A stretch of DNA of 63,972 nucleotides, counting the filler, from Pseudogymnoascus verrucosus (lineage: Eukaryota): NCBI GenBank assembly GCA_001662655.1. It is 5 parts of 5 records of this genome, joined end to end, with 100 filler letters (N's around TTAATTAATTAA, not from the genome) between each part and the next. Parts side by side here need not be neighbours in the genome. Positions count along the whole stretch, not along the records: positions 1 to 16,081 come from KV460300.1; positions 16,182 to 31,678 come from KV460301.1; 3 more parts are not named here. One strand, 5' to 3'. Position 1 is the first letter of the stretch. Every line of letters starts with the position of its first letter. The notes beneath the pieces are model-generated. The model saw only the letters and a list, made by a program, of their open reading frames with translations, did no database searches and was not told where the DNA came from. This document shows positions 11,949 to 24,543 of the stretch, piece after piece. A program made the position numbers and the translations under genes.

Positions 11949-14335
11949 GAGTTTAAGGGTCGAGACCAAGGTCCCCTGCGTCCATTTTGTGGGTTGCTTG
12001 GCCAATGACTGAACAGCACGGCTGTAGCACACTCCGGTGGGCTATTGTGCGTAATTACCTTCTCTATAATTGGAATAAAATCTCTGCACGCCACCTACGT
12101 AGACGTAAGAACCTAGGATGATATCTCCTCCTTTTTGAACTTGCTCGCGATGCAGTTGTGCCGAGGAGCTCGAGTGGGAGACGGTACACAACTGCCATAG
12201 TTGCGGTTATTAACCGCCCCCACAGGGCGGTGAAGCGCTTTTCTGGCGCCAACCCTATCAAACGGGGATCTCTGCGAGTGGACAGGGGTTCGTAGTATGA
12301 TCGGGCCACCCCCGCCCCCGACACACATGAGAGTTGTACTTGAAGCTAGTCCGCATAAGTTAGCATTTTTTTGTGAAGAAGGTGCTAAGTAATGCATACT
12401 GCAGAGCTGACAGCCTTTGTTGCCATGCCTGCCGCATTCCTCGGAAATGAGGATACTGCTTTTGGAGTTCTCAGTGAGGGCTCGAAGAACATTGTCTAAT
12501 TTCCGATGTGGGGTAGCCAGAGCGGTAACGGCCAGTAATGGCGCCGCAACATGCCCATTGCTTGTTTCGGTTGCCTTTCGATCGCCGCGCTGTGGTCGCT
12601 GCGTATGCCCCTCGTGTCCCGGGAAGGCACGGCCGGCACGGCCTGTTCTAGGCTGCCCTCGGCCAAGGGTCGGCCCGCCAGGAGCGATGTGACTGAGGAT
12701 ACTAGCAGAGTTGGGACAGATGTCCTGCATGGCGCTCGGTGCAGTGGTGTGATACCCCTGAGACGCCATCTTTGTGTCTCGTCCCACAACACATACCGGG
12801 TCGTTGGGAGTGAGAGATATGTCTCTGGAAAGTCTCTTAGGTGGCATAATCACGCCTCTGGTTTGTCTCACTTAGCAGCTGTACACCGCATTATCCACGG
12901 GTTTGGCATCACATTGTCTCTTGTATGTCACATTATCTCTAATCACAGTACTTCTATCTAAGGCTCCTTATTTAGAAATATTAGAGATGTTGTTAGCGTT
13001 AGGCTCGCTATCCATACTCGTATTGGCCTTGGCTTGACACTCTCTCACTGCACGTACATTCTCGAAAAAGGAAGGAATGTAAGACAAACTGACGCTGCTC
13101 AGCAGCGTCAGTTAGAATTGAAATATATTTCGGCGATGTTAAGCTGCCGTTCCACGATAGTTCGACCTCAAGAACAAGTTGATTGCTTAATGCGTCATTC
13201 TCTGCGTATCCCTTATGCGTTTTGTCAGTGTTGATTTTCAAAGTAGTGATCATGCTGCATTCTCACCTCCTCTACGTCATCCACCTGTTTGATATGAAGA
13301 AGCTAATGGCCATGATGATGCCCATACTCGGCACCATGAAAGGTGGTGGACTCGCCATTTACTACTGCTGTACTGCTTCCGTTTCATCTGCTTCATCGAG
13401 GGGAAGACAATGTGTGGCGAACGGGCTATCCGTTGCGAAGAACCGCTCTTGCAGGATGATTTGACGCGTCCTGTGCACTTCCTCTTGGCTGTGGTTGAGT
13501 ATTGCCAAAGTGTTGGCGAAGTCGATTGTCTTTTGGACCTCTTCTGCGCTGGGGCCAGTAACCAAGCAGACGTTAGTTGCTGAGGAGGCAATATATCAGA
13601 AGTCTACTGAGTGTAGACCAATGTGGCACAACGCAGGAATAGATCAGAGGAATTAATAGAGCAAGGCATTACCTGAGATAGCGGGGACTTCCCCCTTTTA
13701 CAGCACCGGTTGGCGAAGGCATTTGGGATTGAAATAAACGCAAGATCTATTGAGCGAAAGTCTCTTGAAACTTTGGTCTTCTTTTGAAAAGTGTTTGAGT
13801 TGACTGAGTGCATGATTAAACGATGGGGAGAGGGAAAGACTTTATATCCTATCTACTGTCAGCTCGAAGACATCTCTCTTCTTCCTCTCACCCTCGCCAG
13901 TTCTCTCTCACAAAATACATCCTATTGTATTGCCTACTGCTGCTACAATCAGACCAATCACACAAACATAGCGGGGCCTATAGTGTAGTGGTTGACAGCT
14001 CCAATGCAATTCAGAACGGCCCTGCCGCGGCCAGTGAGTTTACGATCGTCCGGTTGGGTACGCGGCAGGGTCGACGACGCGGTGGCTTGACACGACACCG
14101 CCTCTAAACGGGCATCTCCCGATAGCCGTGTCAAGGTTCTTCGTGCTAATTATGAATTTGTTAACCGTGCTATAGCCTTAGTAGTCTACAGGGCCCGACA
14201 GAGTTCGCATACACTACATGAGTAATTCGAGGGGATTGCCATGACTGTGCTGCTCATTTGGATTGGACTGCAGACGTAGTCCGTTCTCGCGGGACCATGC
14301 TTTTTCCCACTATATCGCGTGAATATCGACATACG
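11949..14335 (-). pseudogene. Copy 2 of the diverged duplicated segment; longest open piece 12113-12871
   Basis: Same collinear blocks as 7591-10030. ORF pieces 13813-13604, 13253-13008 and 12871-12113 have counterparts in copy 1. Confidence 0.55.
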
Positions 14336-15157
14336 ACAAGTACTATGGAACCGAACTTAGCCGGCCTTGATGTATGGCTTACCCAACCCTGTCCGGCAAC
14401 ACGAGGCTGTAAACATTTGCACAAAATCGGTTTCTTGGTGTATAAACATCGTGCTGCAGATCTACCACCATAAACTTTCACTTCCGGTTAGACTCCCCGA
14501 ACCTCCCAGCGCACTGTCTGCATAGGTAGGCGTGACACAAATGAGACAGATTTCGGGCGGGGCAGCGCGAAATTACTGGTAAGCACGGATCGGCAGCTAC
14601 AAACCAATGCAGGGATTACAGCTGTCCTGTTCCCAGTTGCCACGTTGTGCTTGGAAGGAAGGCTGGTAGTGTCGATTTTATCAGTACGTACATGGGAAGT
14701 TTGTTGAAAGATCACCCCTAGGGAGATACTCAAAATGAGAAACTGAAACAATCCCTGAATATTCAGGAATATTCAGGAATATGTACTAACCCCTCGAATG
14801 AACCCTTGATAGTTTCTGAATCCAAGTAATAGAGGCAAACCGTGCTACGCTTTTCGGAAAATAGTCCTATGAGCACATTAACCGGTAAGTGCCATTCGCT
14901 GCTACTCCAGCAACTCGTCGAAGATGGATGCGATGATACGAAACGAGACGCAACCACAACCACAACTGCGCTACCAACACGCACACGGCGCGGCGAAAGC
15001 AACTTGCGAACCACGCCAGGAACCCTCACCGGCTTATAAACGCTCATGCGGCGCTTGCGAGCAAAAATCACTTAGCAATGTTTTTGATGATTTCACTAAT
15101 GCACGCTTGGCGACCAACTTGGCGGGCTTACATGGCAAAAGTGCCTGCATGGTACAA

Positions 15158-15262
15158 GTGTAGGAGTAGGAAAAATGTAGGAGTGGGAAAAGTGTAGGAG
15201 TGGGAAAAGTGTAGGAGTGGGAAAAGTGTCAGACTGGGAAAAGTGTCAGACTGGGAAAAGTG
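15158..15262. repeat. 17-bp minisatellite (GTGTAGGAGTGGGAAAA) x ~6
   Basis: Direct tandem copies; the last two are the variant GTGTCAGACTGGGAAAA. Confidence 0.9.
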
Positions 15263-15609
15263 CAAGGGTGGCATTAGTCACTATTAGTGACTATCATATA
15301 AAGGAGCATTCCTATTGGTGAGCATTTCCCCCCCCCTTTCTTTCCTCTTCGAGGCGAGACCGACATTGTTCTCACATGGAGCTGGCTGTAGCCTAGCGAT
15401 ATTCAACGACAACCCAACAGCGCATGAAAAAGTAGAAAGTTATATGTCTGTATTCATCGATATACATTCAGCTCTCTCTGTTTGTATGCCTCAGCAGTTG
15501 GGATGACTTTCCCTCCAATCCCCTGCGCCTGTCCCCCGTCAGAACCGTATTCCACACCGCTCAGCCCCACCCCTCCCCACCCCCTTTCTTCGCTCTCCTG
15601 CGATTTTGA

Positions 15610-15761
15610 TTTTGCAGTCGCCCTCCTGCGCTTTTGGAGTCGCCCTCCTACGCTTTTGCAGTTGCCCTCCTACGCTTTTGGAGTCGCCCTCCTGCGCTTT
15701 TGTAGTCACTCCCTTACGCAGTCACTTCCCTTTGCAGTCCCTTCCCTTTGCAGTCACTTTC
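15610..15761. repeat. 22-bp minisatellite (TTTTG[CG]AGTCGCCCTCCT[GA]CGC) x ~5 plus shorter degenerate copies
   Basis: Direct tandem copies visible in sequence. Confidence 0.85.
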
Positions 15762-16037
15762 CTCTGTGCTTCCTTCGCTATGCACTTTCCTCCAACGAAC
15801 ATTCAAAAGTACCACAGCAGCCTTAATAAGTATAGAAGTTCCCTGTTAATTTTCTACCCATCTAGTCTGGTCCTATATACATCTCTCCCTCCCTCCAACC
15901 CACCACCCTAAAACCCCCTCCCACTCCTCTTAACAACCGGCTTCCTCACCGCCCCCTCTGCGCAACCTTCTTCACTACCGCGCCCTCCGCCTTCACTCCC
16001 CCCCCCCCCCCCCCACCCTCCCCCCCCCCCCCCCCCT

Positions 16038-16069
<32 letters not shown>

Positions 16070-16081
16070 CCTCCACCCCCC

Positions 16082-16181
16082 NNNNNNNNNNNNNNNNNNN
16101 NNNNNNNNNNNNNNNNNNNNNNNNNTTAATTAATTAANNNNNNNNNNNNNNNNNNNNNNNNNNNNNNNNNNNNNNNNNNNN
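16082..16181. other. Artificial scaffold spacer N44-TTAATTAATTAA-N44
   Basis: Six-frame-stop linker at 16126-16137; an identical spacer occurs four times in the window. Confidence 0.95.
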
Positions 16182-17063
16182 GNTCCCTTGTCTCCTGTCA
16201 ACGTCCATGCCTGTGTCCTCTGTCTCTCCCTTGCTGATGTAATTCCCCGTAGCTGCCAAGGATTGGGTGTGGCGCAAGCGGCGGGGTACAAGGTCCGCTC
16301 TCCGTTCCCGCCTCCGCACTGCCAAGGATGCTTTATTGCTTCTCCACGGAAGGATCGGTTGGGTGTGGTGTCACGTGGTTGCATGTGAATGTGCAGGGGG
16401 AAGTGGGGATGGTAGACTAGGAGAAGTGAAGGAAGCAATCCACTCCTGCACTGCACTGCACTGCAGTGGTTGTTATGGCTGGTTATATTATGATATAAAA
16501 CGCCGTCGAATGTGGGTGGGTGGTATTCTGTAGAAGATGGGAGGGAGAGGTGTATTGTTCTAGAAGAGACGGGACTGAGGCTGAGTATTGGTCTTTGGAA
16601 GACATCTTCGTGATAGGTAGGACTGGTTTGGACGCAACGAAGCTGGCTATGAGCTGCATCTCAGACACTCTGCCTAACAACACATCTATGCACTGCGCCC
16701 TCATCCTGATCATAGGACGAATAGACTCCTGCACACTCTTTGCATATTTCAGGCAACTTCGTCCAAAGAAACCAGACACCACCGACCACAAGGCTGGCTA
16801 AGCGCCCACAAGAAGGATGCGAAAGGAGCAGCACAGCACATCGCCGGTGGCTGCATTCATAAAAGTAGGCAAGAGTCCATCTTCGTAGGTCTTTTACGTT
16901 TTTTTTATATATCAACTTTGCCGTTTTCCAAGTCCCATCATCACATTCCCAGAACAGCGTCAAGATCCAAGCCATCGAAGCAGAAGAATCCCTCGATCTT
17001 GCAGTGGCAGATCTTACACCCAACTCCCCTCTATCAACCTCTATCTACCTCCCTCCACCCACC

Positions 17064-19156
17064 ATGTTCCCTCCCCAGCCCCCACGAATCGGAAGCGGAC
17101 GAGCAGCTAGAAACCCAGCACGTCGTCGCCACGCCGCCCCTCAAAGCTACGCTGCCTACCACCAAGAGGAGATGGAGCGGCTCAGCGGGGCGAGTACGGG
17201 TGGNNNNNNNNNNNNNNNNNNNNNNNNNNNNNNNNNNNNNNNNNNNNNNNNNNNNNNNNNNNNNNNNNNNNNNNNNNNNNNNATGGCCCATGGCAGTGGG
17301 TTAGGAGCAGGTGATTCTACGTTTGGAACGGGAATGGGCAGCGTTAATCTAAATGGGATCATGGCTCATGGCAGTGGGTTGGGAGCAGGTGTTCCCACGT
17401 TCGGAACACCCTACAACAATACCGGGACGCAAATGAGCGCCTACCCGAGCTCCATCCCCCCAAACGAAATCATGCCCTTTGGCGATGACTTCGGTCCAAC
17501 CTTCTGCAATGGAGACTTGCTACTAGACCCCTTCGCCCCCAACGAAATCACCCCCCAAGCCAATGTGTTTGGAGCCAGCACCGCCTCCGCTTCCAGCACC
17601 CGGTACAGCAGTAAGGGAAACAGCAAAAGTCTAGCATCCCGTGCTAGCCAACCTTCCTTGTTTCGACAGCTCTGGGCTGATCTTCATCCATCCGACGATG
17701 AGTCAGATGGAGGCCGTACATCTGCTACGAAATCTCGGGGAGGGAAGAGTAGAGCTGCGAAAGGGTTGAAGGGGAGGAGGTCGGTACAGTCGTTTGCGGA
17801 GAAGAAGGCGGAGCAGCAGCGTCTGCCATTTAGTGCTTTGACGCAGACAGAGCAGCCTCTTCAAGGAACGATGTCTTTCGCTCCATCAGCGCCATGGCAG
17901 CCGACTCTCCTGGACACCACGGCTGATGCTCAACCCCAGGTCACCTGGCTGGCAGGCGGTGCGTCAGCTACGAAATTCAAGGGAAATAGGAAAGGAGGGA
18001 TTGGTCGCTCTGCGTCTCGATCGCGTGGCACTGCTAGTAACTCGCCGTTCAACGACTCGAATCCATCCAACCCCCTTTTTCAGGGCATCACGTCTGTCCA
18101 GTCGTCAAGCAATGGAAACGTCGACGATTCAAATAATTTTAATTGGTCCTATCTAAATTTTCAAGACTATCAAGACCCGAAGTCTGCTCTACCCCAGAGC
18201 AACGTGCTCGGAGTAGGCGGCACATCCGCTACCAAATCAAAGAAAGATAAGAGCCGAACAACCAGTCGTTCGGCGTCTCGATCGCGAGGCAATGCCAATT
18301 ATTACTCGCCCTTCAATGACTCGGGTTCACCCGAACTTCTTTTCCAGGGCATCACATATGTTCCACCGCCGAGCACTGGAACCGGGCCGGAAGTACCTGG
18401 GATTAAACAGACTCTCGACGAAATGATTGAGTCTAACTTCTCTATTCAAGCCATGAGGGATGCTCTGCCCCAGAGTAACGTGCTGGGAAGGAGTAGTTCT
18501 GCGTATGGATCACGTAGTGGCACGCCCACAAACGTATCCGCTGGCGAAGTCATTGTATCCGGCCCTTCGAATCAAAGCCTGATATTCCCTGAGGTATGTA
18601 TATCCCCGCTATATACGACGTTCGCACATGCCCTCTTTTTCTACAGGTTCTAACAAGTGCGTGGCCCAGACATTCAGCGACACGGCATCCATCGCAGCAC
18701 CGCCGTCGGCAGCAGTATCAGTCGCCTCACACGTATGCCCCCCACCCCCCTAACACACCTGCTTCAGACCGCTAACTCAGACCCTCCTAGAACACATTCG
18801 CAGGCCACACAGTCAACGGAAAAAAATCCATGCCTGCAGAACAAGTCCGCTACCAAGCCAACAACCGGCCCCAACCTGGCCCTAACGTCCCCTACTCTGG
18901 CACATACTGGGACCACGAAAACATAATGAGGAATAGCGGTATTCCTGGCCCTTACTTGCATTACCCCGTCGTTCAGGATAGCTGGGAACTTTACAAGAAG
19001 GGGCCCCCCGGGCAGCTTCGTACGATTAGTAGTAAAAATGACCCCTCGAAGTATATTTTGGCGCTTCATCCTCCGACGGGAGCGGTTACGGGGAAGGGGC
19101 ATACGGCGATGGTGGAGGGGCATTATCATGCAGCGGTTCATTCGAAGAAGAGGTAG
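17064..19156 (+). CDS. Orphan protein: long low-complexity repeat-containing N-terminus plus C-terminal RNase T1/N1-like domain, 3 exons
   Basis: Exon 1 ends at 18593 (contains an N gap), exon 2 is 18670-18732, exon 3 is 18791-19156; all phase 0 with GTATG..CTAAC..AG introns. C-terminus YSGTYWDHE..GPYLHYPV..YKKGPPGQLRTI..LALH resembles RNase T1. Start codon uncertain. Confidence 0.7.
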
Positions 19157-20179
19157 GTGAGGGGGGTTGATTGTGGTGGGATGGGAGGATTGAGGGGTTG
19201 GGTGTGTATGGTTTGTCTGGTTTTATTGAGTGGCGTTTGGAAATGTAAGGTGTTGGTGGAAGAGATGGGAAATGGTGGTGAGATTATATCAATACTATTG
19301 TCTATGGTTTTAAGTGATATTCACTCACTCATTCTGTATTTTAAGATATTGTGCCGGTCGCTGAGTAAACACCCCACCCGGCCCCCTACATCCTGTAGAA
19401 ACACATAGTTCCAAATAGAATATACAGTGCCAGTACCGCAGTCTGCTGAATAATTACAACAACCCCCTATTCCATCCTCCCATCTTGATGGGAGCGTTTA
19501 CATAATCCACGCTTAAAATAGGCGGATCACACACAAACCAGGGGAAGGAGTAGTTGCTCCCTCGCCGTCTCCCACTATACTTATTTCATACTTCACATTT
19601 TACCTGCCTCACAATCATATCCGAAGTATGGATTAAATCCTTTTATATTCAGCTAGCTAAGGCACCCGGTTGTGAAGCAATATGCTGGTGCAATGGTTTT
19701 TGGCAATGTTTGGTTTGATATGCGCAACGACCTCCTTTTGCTCAATTAATGGCCCCGCGGTGCCCAAGATGACGAGTATCTAATGATCAAGGAGATGAAG
19801 ATCTAATTCTGAAGAAGACGGCCATAAACAAGATGATCAAATGCTTAGTGAGATGACCATCCAATTCTCAGTAAACCAACCAAGAACATGTGATGGATCG
19901 ATGAGGGCGTTGGATGAAGGTTAACGGACTGACGAGACTATCAGCGGGAGACGCATCCAGGAAGCACACATCACACCGAAGTACCTGACAAGCTCCAGGT
20001 ACGAAAGAGCTGCTGACCCATGAGTAGACAAGCTCATCCCATGGCAAAGCAAGGAAGAGAGAAAGACTCCCATCTCCCACTCAACGAGAATACCGCGACC
20101 TAGCAATATCCAGTAAGCCATCCATCCACCCACCACAAAACACAACCCCGCACCAACGCCGAAAGGGATGCCCACCTAC

Positions 20180-21805
20180 TTACTGCTCAATAAGCACACT
20201 CGAGCGATCAATATTCCTCGTCACAATCGCCAACCCACTATCATCCCTCAGCGTCACAAACGGCGTAACCGCGAACCTAATCCTCGTCCCCCTCATCTGC
20301 AGCTCCAGGGGCTCGACATCCGAGTTCCTCGCCCTCATACTTGGCTTCGCGAACTTCGCCCCGGCCTCAGGCATGCTGATGATGAATGTCCAGCCGCATG
20401 TGAAGAGCTGCGCGGAGAGATCAAAGGCTTTGGCTACTACGACGGCGAGGTCGCGGCCGGCGTCGGAGCGGTTGATGCCCGGGTTGAGGACGAGGGGGAG
20501 GATGTCCCGGAGCTTTTTGGTGTGTTGCGCGATCATGTATTTGCGGAAGCCGCGGTAGTCTTGGGTGCCCATGATGGCGGAGACGCAGAGGGAGCGCTCG
20601 GCGAGGAGTTCACCGCGTTGGTCGAGGGTTACGCCTAGGGGGGGTGTGTTAGTTGTGCACTGGGGGGGGTGGGAGAGTGAAGGAGAAAGGGGGTGGATGG
20701 ACTAGACTTACCCTTCTCAGCGAGCCTCTTGCAGATCCGATTCAAATCCGCATCACTCGCATCACTGTACCCCAGCCACGTAGTATAACTCCACACATGC
20801 ATCTGAATATACTGCACCACCATCCTCATCACGAACCACCTCCTGGTCGCCGTATCCCTCTGAAAACTGCCAATCACAAACGCCGCATCCTTCTCCCCCA
20901 ACGGGCTCAAACACCCCAGCATATACGCCCAGCACCTCTCCTGCCCCGCAATATCCTTCTCATCAATCGGATTCACCCTATCCGCATACGTCGTCACCCA
21001 CCCGCAAACCATGAGGTAGACATCATCGAACGTCGCTACGAACCCGGCGATCAGCTCCTCATTGCTCTCGAAGGGGATCAGGCTCGTAGCGGGGAAGGTG
21101 TCGATTCCGTTCTGTGCTACACCGTTGCAGGCGGCGATCACGCGGCTGGTGGTCGACGCGTACGTGTTGAGGAGTGTACACGGTTTCGCAGGTCCACATG
21201 GCAGTTCTCCTGCCCCGGGCGTGAGGGGGCCGAGAAGCTGCGGTGAGGGGGGGAGACTGTCGAATTGACTCAGTAGCTGCGCGGTAATCGGCTGACCACC
21301 CTTCAACACCTCAGCTCGTGCCTCCTCCACCGTCCTCCCCATCTTCGTCGGGGTCCCATTCGCATTACTCCCACCGCCATTCGCAAACACCACCAACGGC
21401 CCCATCTTCGTCGGCGTCGCAAACGGGTTATTATTATTCCCTCCCTCCCCCCCTCCCTACCCCCCGAGCGCGGATTATGTTCAAACCAAACCGCCCTCTT
21501 CCCCGCAACCTGCTGGCTCAACACACCCACCTGCTTCTCCAACTCACGGGTCTTACTCGCATGATTCCTCGCCGCAGCCTCCTGGCGCGCGACCTGCTCT
21601 TCAAGGCGGGTGATGGTGGATGTCAGGAGCTGGATGTCGTGGTAGTATTTCGCGCATTGGGATGTGGCGGCGTCGCGCTCTTCGCAGGCGCGGTCGCGTT
21701 CGCTGGAGGCGCGATCGCGTTCTGCCATGCAGTTGGTGAGGAGGCGGAGTTGGTCGGAGATTATGGAGGTTAGGTAGGTTGTGTCGTTGGGGTGGTCGGG
21801 GGAGG
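20180..21805 (-). CDS. Hypothetical fungal protein with N-terminal coiled coil; 5' end in N gap
   Basis: ORFs 21303-21905, 20635-21405 and 20180-20572. Intron ~20711-20636 (GTAAGT..CTAAC..TAG). Apparent frameshift in the G-run region ~21440-21465, probably a sequencing error. Confidence 0.7.
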
Positions 21806-22776
21806 NNNNNNNNNNNNNNNNNNNNNNNNNNNNNNNNNNNNNNNNNNNNNNAAGAAAGAAGTTGCTGATGGGATTCTTTGATGGATGTTGGGAAGGAGAC
21901 TTCAATGAAGGTGGTTTGGCGGGATGTCATTTCTTGGAATGAGACTTCAACGAAGGTGGTTTGGCGGGATGTTTGTGATTCCTGGAATCTGAATCGGAAG
22001 AAGAAGAAGTGCCCCCAGGTAAATCCGACGCCACAACAGCTCTGACACCCACGAAACCTTCCTCACCCCAAAGTTCCGTGAAGAAAACAGTGCCGCACAC
22101 TCCTCAATCCACTCAGAAAAGGCTGACCCTCAAAAAAGAGCGTGTGTGGTAGAAAGTGAGAATGTGAATCTTCACACAAAAAAAGAGTGTGGTAGAAAGT
22201 GATAAAAGTGAACTTTGAAGAAAACGAAGATGAAAGAGTTGTGATAAAAAGAAAGTAGGCGCCTGTGTCGCGACGATCAAGAAAACCTTCTATCACATCG
22301 AAGTCCGCGGGGGTGCGCGGTGTTGGGTTCGAAAGTAGAATAAGGGGTGGTGGNNNNNNNNNNNNNNNNNNNNNNNNNNNNNNNNNNNNNCGGTCGGGAG
22401 GGGACAATACGAACAGGCGCGGCTAGAAAATTAATAAGGGGGGAAGAAGGCTGGCCGGATATTCGTCTGATGGAATTGTTGGCTCTATACACAGGTCAGG
22501 CAGCACACACACACACACACACACACACGAGAGGGATTTTTTAAATAAAAAATATATAAAAACTGTACACAGAGGCAATTAATATGATCTGAACGATTGT
22601 ACATGTCATTGAAGCTTTACCCTTAAGCACAAGCAAGGATGCTCTCCCCTCCGCACCCCCCCCCCAAAAAACCCCCCACAACCCTCACTTCAATTCTCAA
22701 TTCTCAAATAATCTACTGTTAGCAACTAACTCAAGCTCAAAACCCCAGAGAGTACTACTCATCAAGCAATCATCAA

Positions 22777-24543
22777 TCAGATAGCCTTGGTGCGCGAGAA
22801 CATGGTGCTATAAACCGCATCCACAACCGGCGTAGCGCTGATCATCCTCCCGCCGAAATACCTCCCGTTGAGGCCCTGGATGGCGTTCTCGCCGCCCTGG
22901 ACCCGGTCGAACTTGAGGTAGATGTCGCCTTGCGAGTTCGGATCTAGAGAGATGTGAACGACGTGACCATATTTCTCCTCAGCCTCGGCGCGGACATCGT
23001 CCTCGAGCTCTTTTTCCCAGTTCTCACCGGTTTCCCTGTGGCTGCGTTAGCTACTTGTTCATGCTCATGTACTTCTGACAGACGGTAAAGGGGAAACGGG
23101 GTGGGAGGGGGGAATGACTTACTCAGCAGGATCAAACATGTTCCTCAGAACAACGCAGCGACTGGCAGTGTTAACATTGATCGGAGGAGGCTTAACCTCT
23201 GTTCTCGGCCTCGCCACTTCGCGTCTATCATCCCTCCCATTCGTCGCCGGGGCCGGCTCATCAGTGCGGGCGAGCTTCCTCATCAACGCATCCCTACTAT
23301 AGTTATTGAAATTAACCCCCCCCACATCCGTATCATCGAGGGCACTGGCGCCTCCCGTGCCCTTATCGCCATCGCGGCCACCCGCCCTATCGAACGCGCC
23401 GCCGCCGCCGCCGCCTCCGCTGGCCTGAGGACCGCGGCCGCCTGCGCCAGAGAAGGCGGAGCCCTGGAACTGTTGCTGGTGACTCTGGCCCTGGAATCTC
23501 TGTAGAAGGCTCGCAGTGGACTCAGGGGTGAACTTATCATTGCCAAGACCAACACGGATGGGTCGACCTGCGAGATCGAACCCGTTCATCTTCTCGAGGG
23601 CCTCGCGGGCTTGGTGGGGATCGCGGAATCTGTGGGGGGTTAGCGGTTTAATTCGGCGGTAAGGGGGGAGGGGGNNCTCAAGCTCTCCAAAGGGTTCGAA
23701 AACATTCTGTAGATCGCCTTCAGTGATGCTGAAATGGATATTACCAACATAGAGACGGTGGAATGGGATCTGGTTCGGGTTATTGCTGGCAGGTTCAGTA
23801 GTCCTGACTTGACGATTCTTCTCGGCTTCTGTGAGCTGCGCGATGATGGGGATGCCTAAGAGTTTCTGGCCCGTAAGCTGAATGGCCGCAGCAACAGACT
23901 CCTCGTTCTTGAATTCGACATAACCAACACTATAAATCCAAACGTTAGCATCATTCTTCAAACACCAAGTTAGGAAAGGACAAACATACCCCTTGGATCT
24001 GCCGCTAACTCTGTCTTTGACGATCTGCGCCTCCTTGACGGGGCCAACCTTCTCGAAGAATGCAATCAGTTCTTTAGACCTCAACCTCGCCGCCAGCTGC
24101 TGCACAAAAACAGTTCTCTTATCCCTCTCATCCTCCGTCAGCGGCGGCGTCCCATCGCGACTCCCCTTACCACCCCTCGGGCTCCTGCTTCTCCGTCTCT
24201 CACCTCNNNNNNNNNNNNNNNNNNNNNNNNNNTCCCTATGACGCCTCGAATGCCGTCTGTCAGCATCGCGACTCCTGCTCCTGCGCCTACTCTTCTGGCT
24301 CCCCTGCGCGCTCCCATGCTCGCTCCCCGGCTTCTTGGCATCCTCATCAATCTCCGCGCTGCGATTACGGTGTTTCCTGTCCCGGCTGGGCTCGCGGAGT
24401 CGGTCGCGGTCGCGACGCTCGTTGCGCTCGGTGCGGTGGCGGTCGTCGCCGTCGCGGGTGGGCTTGGTGGTGGAACTACCATTTTGTTCAGTAGATGTTG
24501 CAGCGGTGGAGTCCAGGAGGGCTTCAACATCGAGTTCGGACAT
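22777..24543 (-). CDS. rsd1: RBM39/CAPER-family splicing factor (Rsd1/PAD-1-like), RS region plus 3 RRMs
   Basis: [81 protein letters not shown], final exon LNGRYFGGR...KAI*. Small N gaps inside. Confidence 0.93.

Noticed and set aside
15990..16081. Long poly-C tract as a G-quadruplex element
   Set aside because: Lies at a contig end next to Ns and is likely low-quality sequence.
16126..16137. TTAATTAATTAA as a biological motif or piggyBac TTAA site
   Set aside because: Centred in fixed-length N runs four times; it is an assembly linker.
21440..21465. Programmed frameshift in the hypothetical gene
   Set aside because: Falls in G/C homopolymer runs in a contig with many gaps at such runs; sequencing error is more likely.
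23630..23690. Apparent deletion in RRM2 of the RBM39-like gene
   Set aside because: Coincides with an NN gap; missing exon sequence is an assembly artefact.
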